Sequence record: KJ019152.1
Length of the DNA: 64,000 nt
Strand: one strand, 5' to 3'
Positions 48,493 through 57,049 of the stretch are shown piece after piece. Positions within the stretch are counted from its first letter, which is position 1, and each line of letters starts with the position of its first letter. The position numbers and the translations under genes are program-made. Under the pieces are notes generated by a model, which searched no databases, was not told the DNA's origin, and saw only the letters and a program-made list of their open reading frames with translations.

Positions 48493-48723
48493 ATGTCTCA
48501 CGATCTAATCGAATTGCTCACTTACTATGTGATCGGTGGTGCCCTTATCATAGGACCACCCGCTATCTTTCTCATCATTGCTATGATGGCAGCACTCCAA
48601 AATACGAAAGGTCGCATGGTTGGATACAAAGATCACAAAACTTATGGTGATTCATCTATCTACGATCCGGCACCAAAATTGCCAGTAGATCAAACGAAAT
48701 TCTTCTTGGAACTAAACAATTAA
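48493..48723 (+). CDS. small membrane protein
   Basis: 76 aa with one hydrophobic helix. Confidence 0.7.
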   Translation: MSHDLIELLTYYVIGGALIIGPPAIFLIIAMMAALQNTKGRMVGYKDHKTYGDSSIYDPAPKLPVDQTKFFLELNN

Positions 48724-48734
48724 GGTAAACAAAA

Positions 48735-48782
48735 ATGACGACAAGTACACTTACAACACCACAAAGGGGGTGTATTCGTTAG
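48735..48782 (+). pseudogene. orphaned original 5' end of psbD
   Basis: Encodes MTTSTLTTPQRG, a typical cyanophage D2 N-terminus, then diverges to CIR-stop. Confidence 0.8.
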
Positions 48783-48823
48783 TCTGGAAGCAACTGACAC
48801 AAAACACAAAATATCATAGGGGT

Positions 48824-48901
48824 ATTGGCAAACCCAAAAATATGTGTTATACTGGGTAGGGATAGGTAGAGTATTCAGGGGTGAAAAGACTACCTATACC
48901 C
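48824..48901 (+). repeat. second copy of the promoter-hairpin unit at 33212
   Basis: 37 nt identical to 33212-33248, the same TTCAGGGGTGAA core, and stem ATAGGTAG/CTACCTAT. Confidence 0.9.
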
Positions 48902-49098
48902 CCCAATAATACACAGCAATAATACACAGAGAATACTTATAATAAAACCCCTACGGGGTTTGCCTACGGGCAACTGAAAGAGATATATGTATAGGGGGCA
49001 ACTGATATAACTGCTATGCCCGCTACGCCAACCTGAAAAACCACAAAGGTAGTATAACACCAGAAGTAGTTATTGGCAACTATCTAGAAACTATCTAG

Positions 49099-49127
49099 TT
49101 GCCGCAGGGGTTTTTATGCGTTATAAT
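49099..49127 (+). promoter_or_regulatory. sigma70-type promoter for the HNH operon
   Basis: TTGCCG-17 nt-TATAAT. Confidence 0.7.
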
Positions 49128-49150
49128 AATAATACCCTGAATACAAAACT

Positions 49151-49315
49151 ATGAGTATGGTGAAGCAACACCTGTGGCAAGAGCAACACGCCCCTACCGC
49201 AGAAGATATAGAAGAGTATGAGTTATACTGCTACTACCTAGATATGGTAGAGCGGTATAATACTACCGCCCCTATGAAGTTTTTAGAAGAAGTGTTTGGT
49301 GAAGAGGTAGAGTGA
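49151..49315 (+). CDS. small acidic hypothetical protein (54 aa)
   Basis: Hand-read MSMVKQHLWQEQHAPTAEDIEEYELY...; GTGA overlap with the HNH gene. Confidence 0.65.
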   Translation: MSMVKQHLWQEQHAPTAEDIEEYELYCYYLDMVERYNTTAPMKFLEEVFGEEVE

Positions 49316-49944
49316 AGCAACTAATACAAAACCCAAACAACTATACAATAACCCCAGAGGGGGTTGTATTATCTAACAAATACAAACGCCCCCTATCACT
49401 ACAATATGATAGAGGGGGCAACCCCTTCTACCAGATAAAACGCCTAGGGGGTGGTAGTAGGCAACAACTATACCAAAACAAACTACTACCCCAACACTAC
49501 CCCTTCTACTGGATAAACCAGTTAGAGGGGGGTGAAGAGTGTAGGAATATAACTTATATCTACCAACACCCTATACCCCCCTACAAATACTTTATAACCA
49601 ACAGAGGTAGGGTTTGGAGCAACCTATCTAATAGGTTTTTAGAAACCCAACACAACTATGGTAGGGGTGGATACTATGATAGAATAACCATAGATACACA
49701 CTCTGTGAATACACACTGGTTGGTAGGTAGATACTTTTTAGAGAACTGGTATGCTGGTTGCTTTGTTTGCCATAGGTGTGAAACTCTACCCTACCCAAAC
49801 AGAAACTACCCTACTAACCTGTGGGTAGGCAACAACAGCAGCAACCAGTTAGATAGTGAGAGCAAGCAGAGAACACTACACAGAAGAAAGAGAGTGAGTG
49901 AGTGTATGAGAGGCAACCAAAACTGGCGGGGCAAACACAAATAA
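49312..49944 (+). CDS. NUMOD4/HNH homing endonuclease (I-HmuI-like)
   Basis: YFITNRGRVWS (NUMOD4-like), GY, THWLVGRYF, VCH, NRNYPTNL and SNQLD. Confidence 0.85.
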   Translation: MKQLIQNPNNYTITPEGVVLSNKYKRPLSLQYDRGGNPFYQIKRLGGGSRQQLYQNKLLPQHYPFYWINQLEGGEECRNITYIYQHPIPPYKYFITNRGRVWSNLSNRFLETQHNYGRGGYYDRITIDTHSVNTHWLVGRYFLENWYAGCFVCHRCETLPYPNRNYPTNLWVGNNSSNQLDSESKQRTLHRRKRVSECMRGNQNWRGKHK

Positions 49945-50001
49945 CACACAAACTCTGTATAACTGCTCTACTACGCTTTCTAACCTAGCACTTTGTTGCT
50001 C

Positions 50002-50030
50002 TGGACTAACAGGGAGTTATGTGTTATAAT
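50002..50030 (+). promoter_or_regulatory. replacement promoter for psbD
   Basis: TGGACT-17 nt-TATAAT with extended -10 TGTG. Confidence 0.7.
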
Positions 50031-50063
50031 ATAAACATAAATACATATAACTTCACAAAAACT

Positions 50064-51122
50064 ATGACTGCTTCACTTGCACCCCCAAAAAGCAACGGGG
50101 GTTGGTATGATATTTTAGAAGACTGGTTGCAGAAAGATAGGTTTATCTTTATTGGCTGGTCTGGATTACTACTTCTTCCCACTGCTTATCTTGCCATTGG
50201 CGGCTGGCTTACTGGCACAACTTTTGTCACGAGTTGGTACACCCATGGTCTTGCTTCTTCCTATCTTGAGGGTGCTAACTTTCTCACGGCGGCTGTCTCG
50301 ACTCCTGCTGATGCTATGGGTCATTCTCTTCTTCTACTTTGGGGTCCTGAATCTCAGGGCGACTTCCAGCGGTGGCTCCAACTTGGAGGGCTTTGGTCCT
50401 TTGTTGCTCTCCACGGTGCCTTCGCTCTAATTGGATTCATGCTTCGTCAGTTCGAACTGTCACGACTCATTGGTATCCGTCCCTACAACGCTATTGCATT
50501 CAGTGGTCCTATCGCTGTATTCGTCAGTGTGTTTCTTCTATACCCACTAGGTCAATCTTCCTGGTTCTTTGCCCCCTCCTTTGGTGTGGCAGCAATCTTT
50601 AGATTCCTATTGTTTCTTCAGGGTTTCCACAACTGGACACTGAACCCCTTCCATATGATGGGAGTTGCTGGTATACTAGGTGGAGCACTACTATCTGCAA
50701 TCCATGGCGTTACTGTTGAAAATACCCTATATGAAGATGGAGAACAGAATAACACCTTCACTGCGTTCGATTCCACGCAGGAGGAAGAGACCTATTCGAT
50801 GGTTACTGCGAACCGCTTCTGGTCGCAAATCTTCGGGGTTGCGTTTAGTAATAAGCGTTGGCTTCACTTCTTTATGTTGTTTGTCCCTGTCATGGGTCTT
50901 TGGGTCTCAAGTATTGGCATCATTGGGCTTGCTCTTAATCTTCGTGCTTATGATTTTGTGAGCCAAGAGATTAGAGCAGCAGAAGATCCTGAGTTTGAAA
51001 CTTTCTACACAAAGAACATCCTTCTTAACGAAGGACTAAGAGCATGGATGGCACCTGTGGATCAACCACATGAGTCATTTGTATTCCCAGAAGAAGTTCT
51101 ACCTAGAGGTAACGCATTGTGA
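50064..51122 (+). CDS. psbD: photosystem II D2 protein with recoded N-terminus
   Basis: [17 protein letters not shown] and [10 protein letters not shown]. The N-terminus reads [31 protein letters not shown]. Confidence 0.98.
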   Translation: MTASLAPPKSNGGWYDILEDWLQKDRFIFIGWSGLLLLPTAYLAIGGWLTGTTFVTSWYTHGLASSYLEGANFLTAAVSTPADAMGHSLLLLWGPESQGDFQRWLQLGGLWSFVALHGAFALIGFMLRQFELSRLIGIRPYNAIAFSGPIAVFVSVFLLYPLGQSSWFFAPSFGVAAIFRFLLFLQGFHNWTLNPFHMMGVAGILGGALLSAIHGVTVENTLYEDGEQNNTFTAFDSTQEEETYSMVTANRFWSQIFGVAFSNKRWLHFFMLFVPVMGLWVSSIGIIGLALNLRAYDFVSQEIRAAEDPEFETFYTKNILLNEGLRAWMAPVDQPHESFVFPEEVLPRGNAL

Positions 51123-51364
51123 TTAACGCACTCTTCACTTTTATATTTGCTGCGGTGATGTGGGTGCAAGTCCCACAGTGGCAGGATGATTGGTCTAAGT
51201 GCGCAGTAGATGTACCTGATGTTCAATGTCATTGGTATATCACAGCACCCGATAGCACCATGGGTGAAGGATTTAGTTGGGCGAATGCCCCTTGGTTCAG
51301 TGCTGAAGGTCTCCTTGATATTGGAGAACTTCACAACACAGTTCAATCACTTCAGGAGGCATGA
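51119..51364 (+). CDS. conserved cyanophage hypothetical protein
   Basis: [20 protein letters not shown]... Confidence 0.75.
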   Translation: MINALFTFIFAAVMWVQVPQWQDDWSKCAVDVPDVQCHWYITAPDSTMGEGFSWANAPWFSAEGLLDIGELHNTVQSLQEA

Positions 51365-51576
51365 TGAATATATTATTTTTAGTATTATACTTCGTCTGTT
51401 TCTGTCTCATTGCAGGTGGTGCCGCAGCTATGATGTATGCAAACATACAATCTATCTGGAACACACCACCCGCTCTACCTAAACCAATTCATCCTGAGGC
51501 ACCTGTAGCAGGTGAAGAGGTTATGTATGTCGATCTAACAAGAGAAAAACTGGAAGATTTGTACCATGAACATTGA
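51361..51576 (+). CDS. small membrane protein
   Basis: N-terminal hydrophobic helix. Confidence 0.65.
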   Translation: MMNILFLVLYFVCFCLIAGGAAAMMYANIQSIWNTPPALPKPIHPEAPVAGEEVMYVDLTREKLEDLYHEH

Positions 51577-51688
51577 ATACCTTTTAGGTTGGGTTGCTAT
51601 TCTTGTTTTGTTTATAGCAACACAGAATACTGATGATGACGATGATCCAGAAGGTGGTATGATGGTTCCTTCCACTCAATCTACATAA
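51566..51688 (+). CDS. small membrane protein (40 aa)
   Basis: Hand-read ORF with a hydrophobic helix then DDDDDPEGGMMVP. Confidence 0.6.
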   Translation: MNIEYLLGWVAILVLFIATQNTDDDDDPEGGMMVPSTQST

Positions 51689-51810
51689 CAAAACTACAAG
51701 GGGATTGCTAACAATCCTCTTTTTTTGTATCGTTATTTTGTTTGATTGTTATATATTGTGTGTATTCTCACACAAACCATATACATAGAGTGTAGAACAA
51801 GAGGAGTATT

Positions 51811-52011
51811 ATGTTATCGCATAATCTTATTTCGCATAACCAACTAGAAGGTTGGCGTGAATCTTTTCAGAAGATAGATAAATCTACCAATAGAACAACA
51901 GACGAACTAAACCTAATTAATGATTACTATGATTGCTTAATAGAGTGTGATGATAACCAATCAGCATGTAAGCGTATCTGTAAACATGTATTGACATCTC
52001 CACCAATTTAA
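51811..52011 (+). CDS. conserved Cys-containing hypothetical protein
   Basis: DYYDCLIECDDNQSACKRIC, with GAGGAG ribosome-binding site. Confidence 0.8.
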   Translation: MLSHNLISHNQLEGWRESFQKIDKSTNRTTDELNLINDYYDCLIECDDNQSACKRICKHVLTSPPI

Positions 52012-52023
52012 ATATGTTAGAAT

Positions 52024-52050
52024 GGAGGGTATAACAACCCTCCTTTTTTT
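52024..52050 (+). terminator. intrinsic terminator
   Basis: GGAGGGT/ACCCTCC stem plus T7. Confidence 0.8.
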
Positions 52051-52218
52051 ATGCGATTCGATTTAACCATGGATGATTATGCCATCATCCTCAACGCATT
52101 ACACTATTATAAGAAAGTAGAGAAGCGTGGCAACTTCAAGCAGTATAACGAGGAGCGAGTTAACGATCTTAGGGACCGAATGGCCCACCAAATCGTCTGG
52201 GAACAGGGTGAAGAGTAG
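52051..52218 (+). CDS. small hypothetical protein (55 aa)
   Basis: Hand-read MRFDLTMDDYAIILNALHYY... Confidence 0.6.
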   Translation: MRFDLTMDDYAIILNALHYYKKVEKRGNFKQYNEERVNDLRDRMAHQIVWEQGEE

Positions 52219-52333
52219 CAAATACCACCATTTTCAGGAACCTCTCACCAAACCTTTGGGATACACTATGGAAAAACGGGTTGTTGATCGCCTATAATAA
52301 GGGGGTAGAACACAACTGGAGAGAAAATCCACT

Positions 52334-52717
52334 ATGAAAATCCAACAATCAATGCTTCGTCGTCTCGCCGCTAAGAGGGGGAAGAAGCAGAACGGATTCA
52401 CACTAATTGAACTGATGGTGGTTGTTGCTATCGTTGGTGTATTGTCGGCTGTTGGTCTCCCTCAGCTATTGAAAGCACAAGACCGAGCAAAGATCTCAGT
52501 AGCACAACAGGAAGCAGTCAACTACGCTAAAGAGTGTTCTATCTCCATTCTTACAGGTGGTGATGGTCCTGTCGTTGCTAACTTTTCAACAGTTCCTTCC
52601 GACCAAACCTGTGCCGCTGGTACTGATGTAACCGCTTTATCTGATACTGAGACAGTAGTAACCTGGACAGTAGAAATGGAAGGCGGCATCCCTGGCGTTC
52701 CTTCTTCCGATGAGTGA
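52334..52717 (+). CDS. type IV prepilin (PilA-like)
   Basis: Basic leader followed by G|FTLIELMVVVAIVGVLSAVGLP. Confidence 0.93.
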   Translation: MKIQQSMLRRLAAKRGKKQNGFTLIELMVVVAIVGVLSAVGLPQLLKAQDRAKISVAQQEAVNYAKECSISILTGGDGPVVANFSTVPSDQTCAAGTDVTALSDTETVVTWTVEMEGGIPGVPSSDE

Positions 52718-52723
52718 TCTATT

Positions 52724-53287
52724 ATGAACCTAATGTCCACCATGGTGGGACTTAGCATCATGGGGGCTTCTGCCCCCGCTATGATGAAAATGTCCATGGC
52801 ACCATATGAAGCACAACTAAGAGCACAAAACCTAGGTGTAGCCGAAACTGCTGCTGTAGTATTCGCCGCTACTTACGAAGGTAAGCTCGAACTCCCAGAA
52901 GATACAGACACCTGTGTATCAAAACTACGTGAAGGTACTGCAAACGCTTTTAGCGTTACCTGTACTGAAGGTGATGGTAGGTATGTTCAGTCTGTAACTC
53001 GTGCATTCCGTCTAGCTGTTCCCGATGAAGGACTAGACGGTGGTAATGCAACTGATACAAGCAGAGAGTTTGCATTTGAAACTCCTACTCGTTTCTCAGG
53101 ACACCAATGTCCTGGTTATGATTCCTGGGGAGTCAACGGTTACAATGACAAAAACTACTCTGCCTTAGGTGGAGCTTGTATTCCTAACGATGGATGGAAT
53201 CAAACTAATTATCAGTTCTCTGATCCAGACGCTTGGCTTTATGACATCAACAACCGTAATGGTTGGGGAGCACATCCTGACTACTAA
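52724..53287 (+). CDS. pilin-like protein lacking a canonical cleavage site
   Basis: Hydrophobic start LMSTMVGLSIMGASAP, four Cys, adjacent to the prepilin. Confidence 0.5.
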   Translation: MNLMSTMVGLSIMGASAPAMMKMSMAPYEAQLRAQNLGVAETAAVVFAATYEGKLELPEDTDTCVSKLREGTANAFSVTCTEGDGRYVQSVTRAFRLAVPDEGLDGGNATDTSREFAFETPTRFSGHQCPGYDSWGVNGYNDKNYSALGGACIPNDGWNQTNYQFSDPDAWLYDINNRNGWGAHPDY

Positions 53288-53469
53288 TGATTGAGTTACT
53301 CGCATCTAGCATTATCATTTACGGTAATGCCAACGGGGTGTGGTCTCCCTCACATCCCGATATTTATCCTTATTCAGAACCACCTACACGAGTAGAAAAA
53401 CCTGAAACTCCAAAAACATCTACGACTAGCGGAAATGGAGATATCATTTTCCCTCAACTATTAGAATAA
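53287..53469 (+). CDS. small hypothetical protein
   Basis: 60-aa ORF. Confidence 0.55.
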   Translation: MIELLASSIIIYGNANGVWSPSHPDIYPYSEPPTRVEKPETPKTSTTSGNGDIIFPQLLE

Positions 53470-53489
53470 CTAAAACTAGGAAACACACA

Positions 53490-53523
53490 CAGGAGGGCAA
53501 CCCTCCTTTTTTTGTGCTATAAT
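53490..53523 (+). terminator. terminator followed by a -10 box
   Basis: AGGAGGG-CAA-CCCTCCT stem plus T run, then GTGCTATAAT. Confidence 0.75.
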
Positions 53524-53546
53524 TATAAGTGAGTTGTGAGATTTCT

Positions 53547-53828
53547 ATGGACGAAAGAATAAGAACTTTATATGTCTTTCAGTCGGATGATCGTCTTATA
53601 ACTCATGACGGGCATGTCCAACTAGGTTGTCATAACATGACCATGGAAAAGTTTATGTCTTTCGATAGGGAGAATATCCGATACATCGAAACCTACTGGT
53701 TGCCTGATGTATTTGGAAATAGGTATAAGCGTTCTAACTTCCAAGCACACCAGAGGGTATCTGGGGAGAAGGGTGTATTAGAACTATCTAATAACCAACC
53801 AGGAAACAGACTTGATAGGTCTGTATAA
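53547..53828 (+). CDS. hypothetical protein
   Basis: MDERIRTLYVFQSDD... Confidence 0.65.
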   Translation: MDERIRTLYVFQSDDRLITHDGHVQLGCHNMTMEKFMSFDRENIRYIETYWLPDVFGNRYKRSNFQAHQRVSGEKGVLELSNNQPGNRLDRSV

Positions 53829-53856
53829 GGCACCTATATACACAAAAAGGATTCCT

Positions 53857-54066
53857 ATGGGACCTATAATTGTATTTGCTTGTTTTCTACCTATAGTTGC
53901 TATATTCATTGTAATAAAACTAGCTGTTTGGGTAGAAGCTGTTAACTCCGAAACAAACTATGTCAGAGAAGAATCTTCAAGACAACGAGGACCTTGGGTG
54001 GAAAACCCATATGAGGATATTGATGTTGAGGAAGAGGAGTATGGAGATCGCACAGACTATCGATGA
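53857..54066 (+). CDS. small membrane protein
   Basis: Hydrophobic N-terminus and acidic tail. Confidence 0.65.
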   Translation: MGPIIVFACFLPIVAIFIVIKLAVWVEAVNSETNYVREESSRQRGPWVENPYEDIDVEEEEYGDRTDYR

Positions 54067-54193
54067 AGCGATTAACGACTATTATTCGCTTCATGGACTC
54101 CCTGTTCCCGATTGGAAACTGAAAAAGAATCCAGACTGGTGGATTGAATACTTACTTTCTCTTGGATTAACTGATAACAATGAACCCCTTTAA
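54041..54193 (+). CDS. small conserved hypothetical protein
   Basis: MEIAQTIDEAINDYYSLHGLPVPDWK..., with GAGGAG ribosome-binding site. Confidence 0.65.
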   Translation: MEIAQTIDEAINDYYSLHGLPVPDWKLKKNPDWWIEYLLSLGLTDNNEPL

Positions 54194-54352
54194 GATACTC
54201 GGACCTTTCCTAAACCTATTGGTGGTGTATAGTCTATGGTATTCTGACTTATACAGTAGGAATCGATACTACGCATATGGTATTGTATTACTACACATTC
54301 TCGTACTGGCATCAATTCCAACCATACCCGCAATTCTATATTGGTATTAATT

Positions 54353-55003
54353 ATGAAGATCTTTTTAGACACTGCTGACTTGAATGAGATCAGAGAAGCA
54401 TCATCCACTGGTTTGATTGATGGGGTGACTACCAACCCAACACTCATTCTAAAGAGTGGTAATGACCTATACTCCACTGCAAAACTATTACAACTAGAAT
54501 ACCCCACATTTGAGAGTATCTCCACTGAGGTGGTTGCAGACACCGCAGAGGAGATGGTAGAGCAGGCACGTCAGTATCTTAATATTGGATCTGCAATCAC
54601 TGTTAAGGTTCCTTGTACTGTAGAGGGTCTTAAGGCGTGTAGAACACTCTCAGAGGAGGGTGTGAAGACCAATGTGACCCTTGTGTTCTCTGTATCCCAG
54701 GCTATCCTGGCAGCTAAGTCAGGAGCCACCTACGTGTCTCCCTTTGTTGGTAGGGTAAATGATAACTCCTTCAGTGGAGTTGCACTTATCCAAGCTATCT
54801 CAGAGACCTTCTCCCTACACAGGGTGAAGACAGAGGTATTGGCAGCTTCAGTTCGTGAAGCAAACCAAGTAGGACGTTGTTTTGCAGCTGGTGCTGACAT
54901 TTGCACCATCCCAACCAAAGTATTCTGGAAGATGTACGAGCACATTCTCACAGAGAAAGGTTTAGAACTCTTCCAAAAGGACTGGGAGAACTCAGTACGA
55001 TAA
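54353..55003 (+). CDS. talC: transaldolase, TalC type
   Basis: KIFLDTAD, GVTTNPTLI, VKVP and YVSPFVGR. Confidence 0.96.
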   Translation: MKIFLDTADLNEIREASSTGLIDGVTTNPTLILKSGNDLYSTAKLLQLEYPTFESISTEVVADTAEEMVEQARQYLNIGSAITVKVPCTVEGLKACRTLSEEGVKTNVTLVFSVSQAILAAKSGATYVSPFVGRVNDNSFSGVALIQAISETFSLHRVKTEVLAASVREANQVGRCFAAGADICTIPTKVFWKMYEHILTEKGLELFQKDWENSVR

Positions 55004-55066
55004 AGTGTGAATATTCACACTTTAAGTATTATATAAATATTAAAGAATACATATTTCTTTGCATAA

Positions 55067-55273
55067 ATGAAACGTCCAGCCTTTTATTTGGTTGCGAGTG
55101 TTGTTATTGTTCAGATGTTAATGGCGGCGGGGGTATTATTTGGTTGTTTTGCACGACCGGATCCCCGTTGTACCGGAGATAAGGCATCTGATTTACTGAA
55201 TAATATTATTGTACAAACTTTCGCACTCTATGCGGCTGAGAAAGTTTCCCATAAAGATGATAAACAAGTATAG
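55067..55273 (+). CDS. small membrane or secreted protein
   Basis: 68 aa, with TATAAATA at 55032 upstream. Confidence 0.6.
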   Translation: MKRPAFYLVASVVIVQMLMAAGVLFGCFARPDPRCTGDKASDLLNNIIVQTFALYAAEKVSHKDDKQV

Positions 55274-55312
55274 TGTGGTAGAATAGGGGAGAACACCTCC
55301 ACCTATTTTTTT

Positions 55313-55801
55313 ATGCCTATCAATAAAGAGTATTATGATAAATGGTATGGGATATGGAGTTCCCAATCAGAAGATGTATTGGAAGTTACTGCCTTAGTTA
55401 GAGCTATTGAATGTACTAATGGGTGTATTCAGTGGGCGTTTAGGGACGATGATGACAGGTCACTACCCATTGAGAAGACCAGAGAGGCTATGAAACTCTC
55501 CATGGGTGTGATGAAGAATAAGGTTTTACCATTCCCTGATGGTGGGAAGTTTGTTATCCCAGAGGATGTAGTTCCCCTCATGGATAAGTCCAGAGATATT
55601 TACATTAGAGGATTCAAACAAGGTGATGAGGATGCCTACCAAGAGTTTATGGCACTATCCAAGTCACACTTTGTTGTAATGGGTAGAGAGAGGATGGATA
55701 GAAACTTCCAGAAGGTGAAGGATCATTTCATAGATGTGTTTAGTGACTACTGGATTGAGATGGGTAGGGGATATGTTTATGCCCTTGGGGAGTATGTATA
55801 A
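55313..55801 (+). CDS. hypothetical protein
   Basis: 162-aa ORF. Confidence 0.7.
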   Translation: MPINKEYYDKWYGIWSSQSEDVLEVTALVRAIECTNGCIQWAFRDDDDRSLPIEKTREAMKLSMGVMKNKVLPFPDGGKFVIPEDVVPLMDKSRDIYIRGFKQGDEDAYQEFMALSKSHFVVMGRERMDRNFQKVKDHFIDVFSDYWIEMGRGYVYALGEYV

Positions 55802-55825
55802 ATATCTGGTATCGCTTCTCCTCCA

Positions 55826-56017
55826 ATGGACGAAAATAGTGCATCACGTATTTTAGATTCAGCAGGAAAAGGTGGGCATGTTAATCCTACCGCCCTGGCT
55901 GTTACCATACGTGCCGCAGTGAAGGAATGTCTAGACCATAATGGTATGGTTAGTATGTCATCCCTCTACGAACTCAGTTGTCAGTTGGAAAAGAAGGGAA
56001 AAGAGTGGTATGATTAG
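55826..56017 (+). CDS. hypothetical protein
   Basis: 63-aa ORF, with TATAAATA at 55797 upstream. Confidence 0.6.
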   Translation: MDENSASRILDSAGKGGHVNPTALAVTIRAAVKECLDHNGMVSMSSLYELSCQLEKKGKEWYD

Positions 56018-56037
56018 TAAACTTATTTGGTGATGTC

Positions 56038-56238
56038 ATGAGTGAAAAACTTTGGGTGAAGATGGCGGAAGTATTCTACAATAAGGATGCCGAGACCGCA
56101 GAGCGAATGGGAGTTGAGAACTTCTTCAATAAAGCAGCATCTAGAATGATTACAGTTGTTGCTGAGAGTATTGATGGGGAGGAGAGACTATACCTAGAAG
56201 AGCAATCCAAAATAGCAGAGGCTGAACAACGAGTATGA
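56038..56238 (+). CDS. hypothetical protein
   Basis: 66-aa ORF. Confidence 0.6.
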   Translation: MSEKLWVKMAEVFYNKDAETAERMGVENFFNKAASRMITVVAESIDGEERLYLEEQSKIAEAEQRV

Positions 56239-56462
56239 ACACTTACTATGTGATAGTATACACACTAGTATTCTTTGTTGGTGTATGTATTATTGAACCC
56301 AACCTACTCAAGTGGATAGAACTCCAGTTTAAGTGGGCAGGTATAAACGTTAGAAGAGCTATACTTATAGTTCAATTTCATCCACGTAACTTTGTTACCA
56401 ACTGGATAATTCGTAGGAAGTTTCAGAAGATTATCAGAGAACATAGTCAACCTAAAGAGTAG
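56235..56462 (+). CDS. small membrane protein
   Basis: 75 aa, ATGA overlap with the upstream gene. Confidence 0.6.
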   Translation: MNTYYVIVYTLVFFVGVCIIEPNLLKWIELQFKWAGINVRRAILIVQFHPRNFVTNWIIRRKFQKIIREHSQPKE

Positions 56463-56634
56463 GAGTTAGTTGTGATTGAGACTTTGGCATTTGTTTTCCT
56501 TTCATGCCAAGATGCACGTCAGGTTGCAGATCGTGCAATGAATACTGAGAGTATTACCAAAGAAGTAGCCATAGAAGTTATTATTGAACTTGATATAGCT
56601 TCTGGCGGCAAATGTAACTTACCTGGAATAACTG

Positions 56635-57024
56635 ATGGGCATGTTTGATACTATAAGATGCTCCTATGATATTGGAGAACTAACTGATGTAGAATGTCAG
56701 TCTAAGAATATAGATGATTGGGGAGGCACTATGTCTTTCTATTGGGTAGATCCTAATGGGAGGTTGTGGTCTCCCAGTTATGCTGGAACCTATGACTTTG
56801 TTCCTGAAGAGGGACCCTTCCCTGAGCTCGGAAAGGGGAAGCTTAGTCATGTACAATATTTGGGTACTACACCTAATGGAACTCATGGGAAGTATCAGTT
56901 CGTATCTATGACAAGATGTATAGAGATATATGATACAAAAACACATGCAGATGGGTATGTAGAGTTTGTGACATGTTATTTGTCATTCTACCAAGGACTA
57001 CTGAGAGATTACTTTTATAAATAA
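56635..57024 (+). CDS. conserved hypothetical protein
   Basis: MGMFDTIRCSY...QSKNID. Confidence 0.7.
   Translation: MGMFDTIRCSYDIGELTDVECQSKNIDDWGGTMSFYWVDPNGRLWSPSYAGTYDFVPEEGPFPELGKGKLSHVQYLGTTPNGTHGKYQFVSMTRCIEIYDTKTHADGYVEFVTCYLSFYQGLLRDYFYK
57016..57023 (+). promoter_or_regulatory. T4-type late promoter
   Basis: TATAAATA. Confidence 0.7.
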
Positions 57025-57049
57025 GTCCATATAGAGTTGTTTTTAACCA

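Larger units (their letters stand above)
48773..50063 (+). mobile_element. HNH homing-endonuclease cassette inserted in the psbD 5' end
   Basis: Lies between the psbD remnant and a second psbD start. It carries three promoters, hairpins, a small ORF and an HNH gene. Confidence 0.75.

Noticed and set aside
48773-50102. Group I or group II intron in psbD
   Set aside because: No junction gives both a 5' exon ending in U and an intron ending in G. I found no P7 partner (AGUC) downstream of GACUA and no GUGYG...AY ends. The downstream psbD has its own promoter and start codon.
51811-52011. CP12
   Set aside because: It is Cys-rich and near talC, but lacks the AWD.VEEL core and the C-terminal C....ECR.YD motif.
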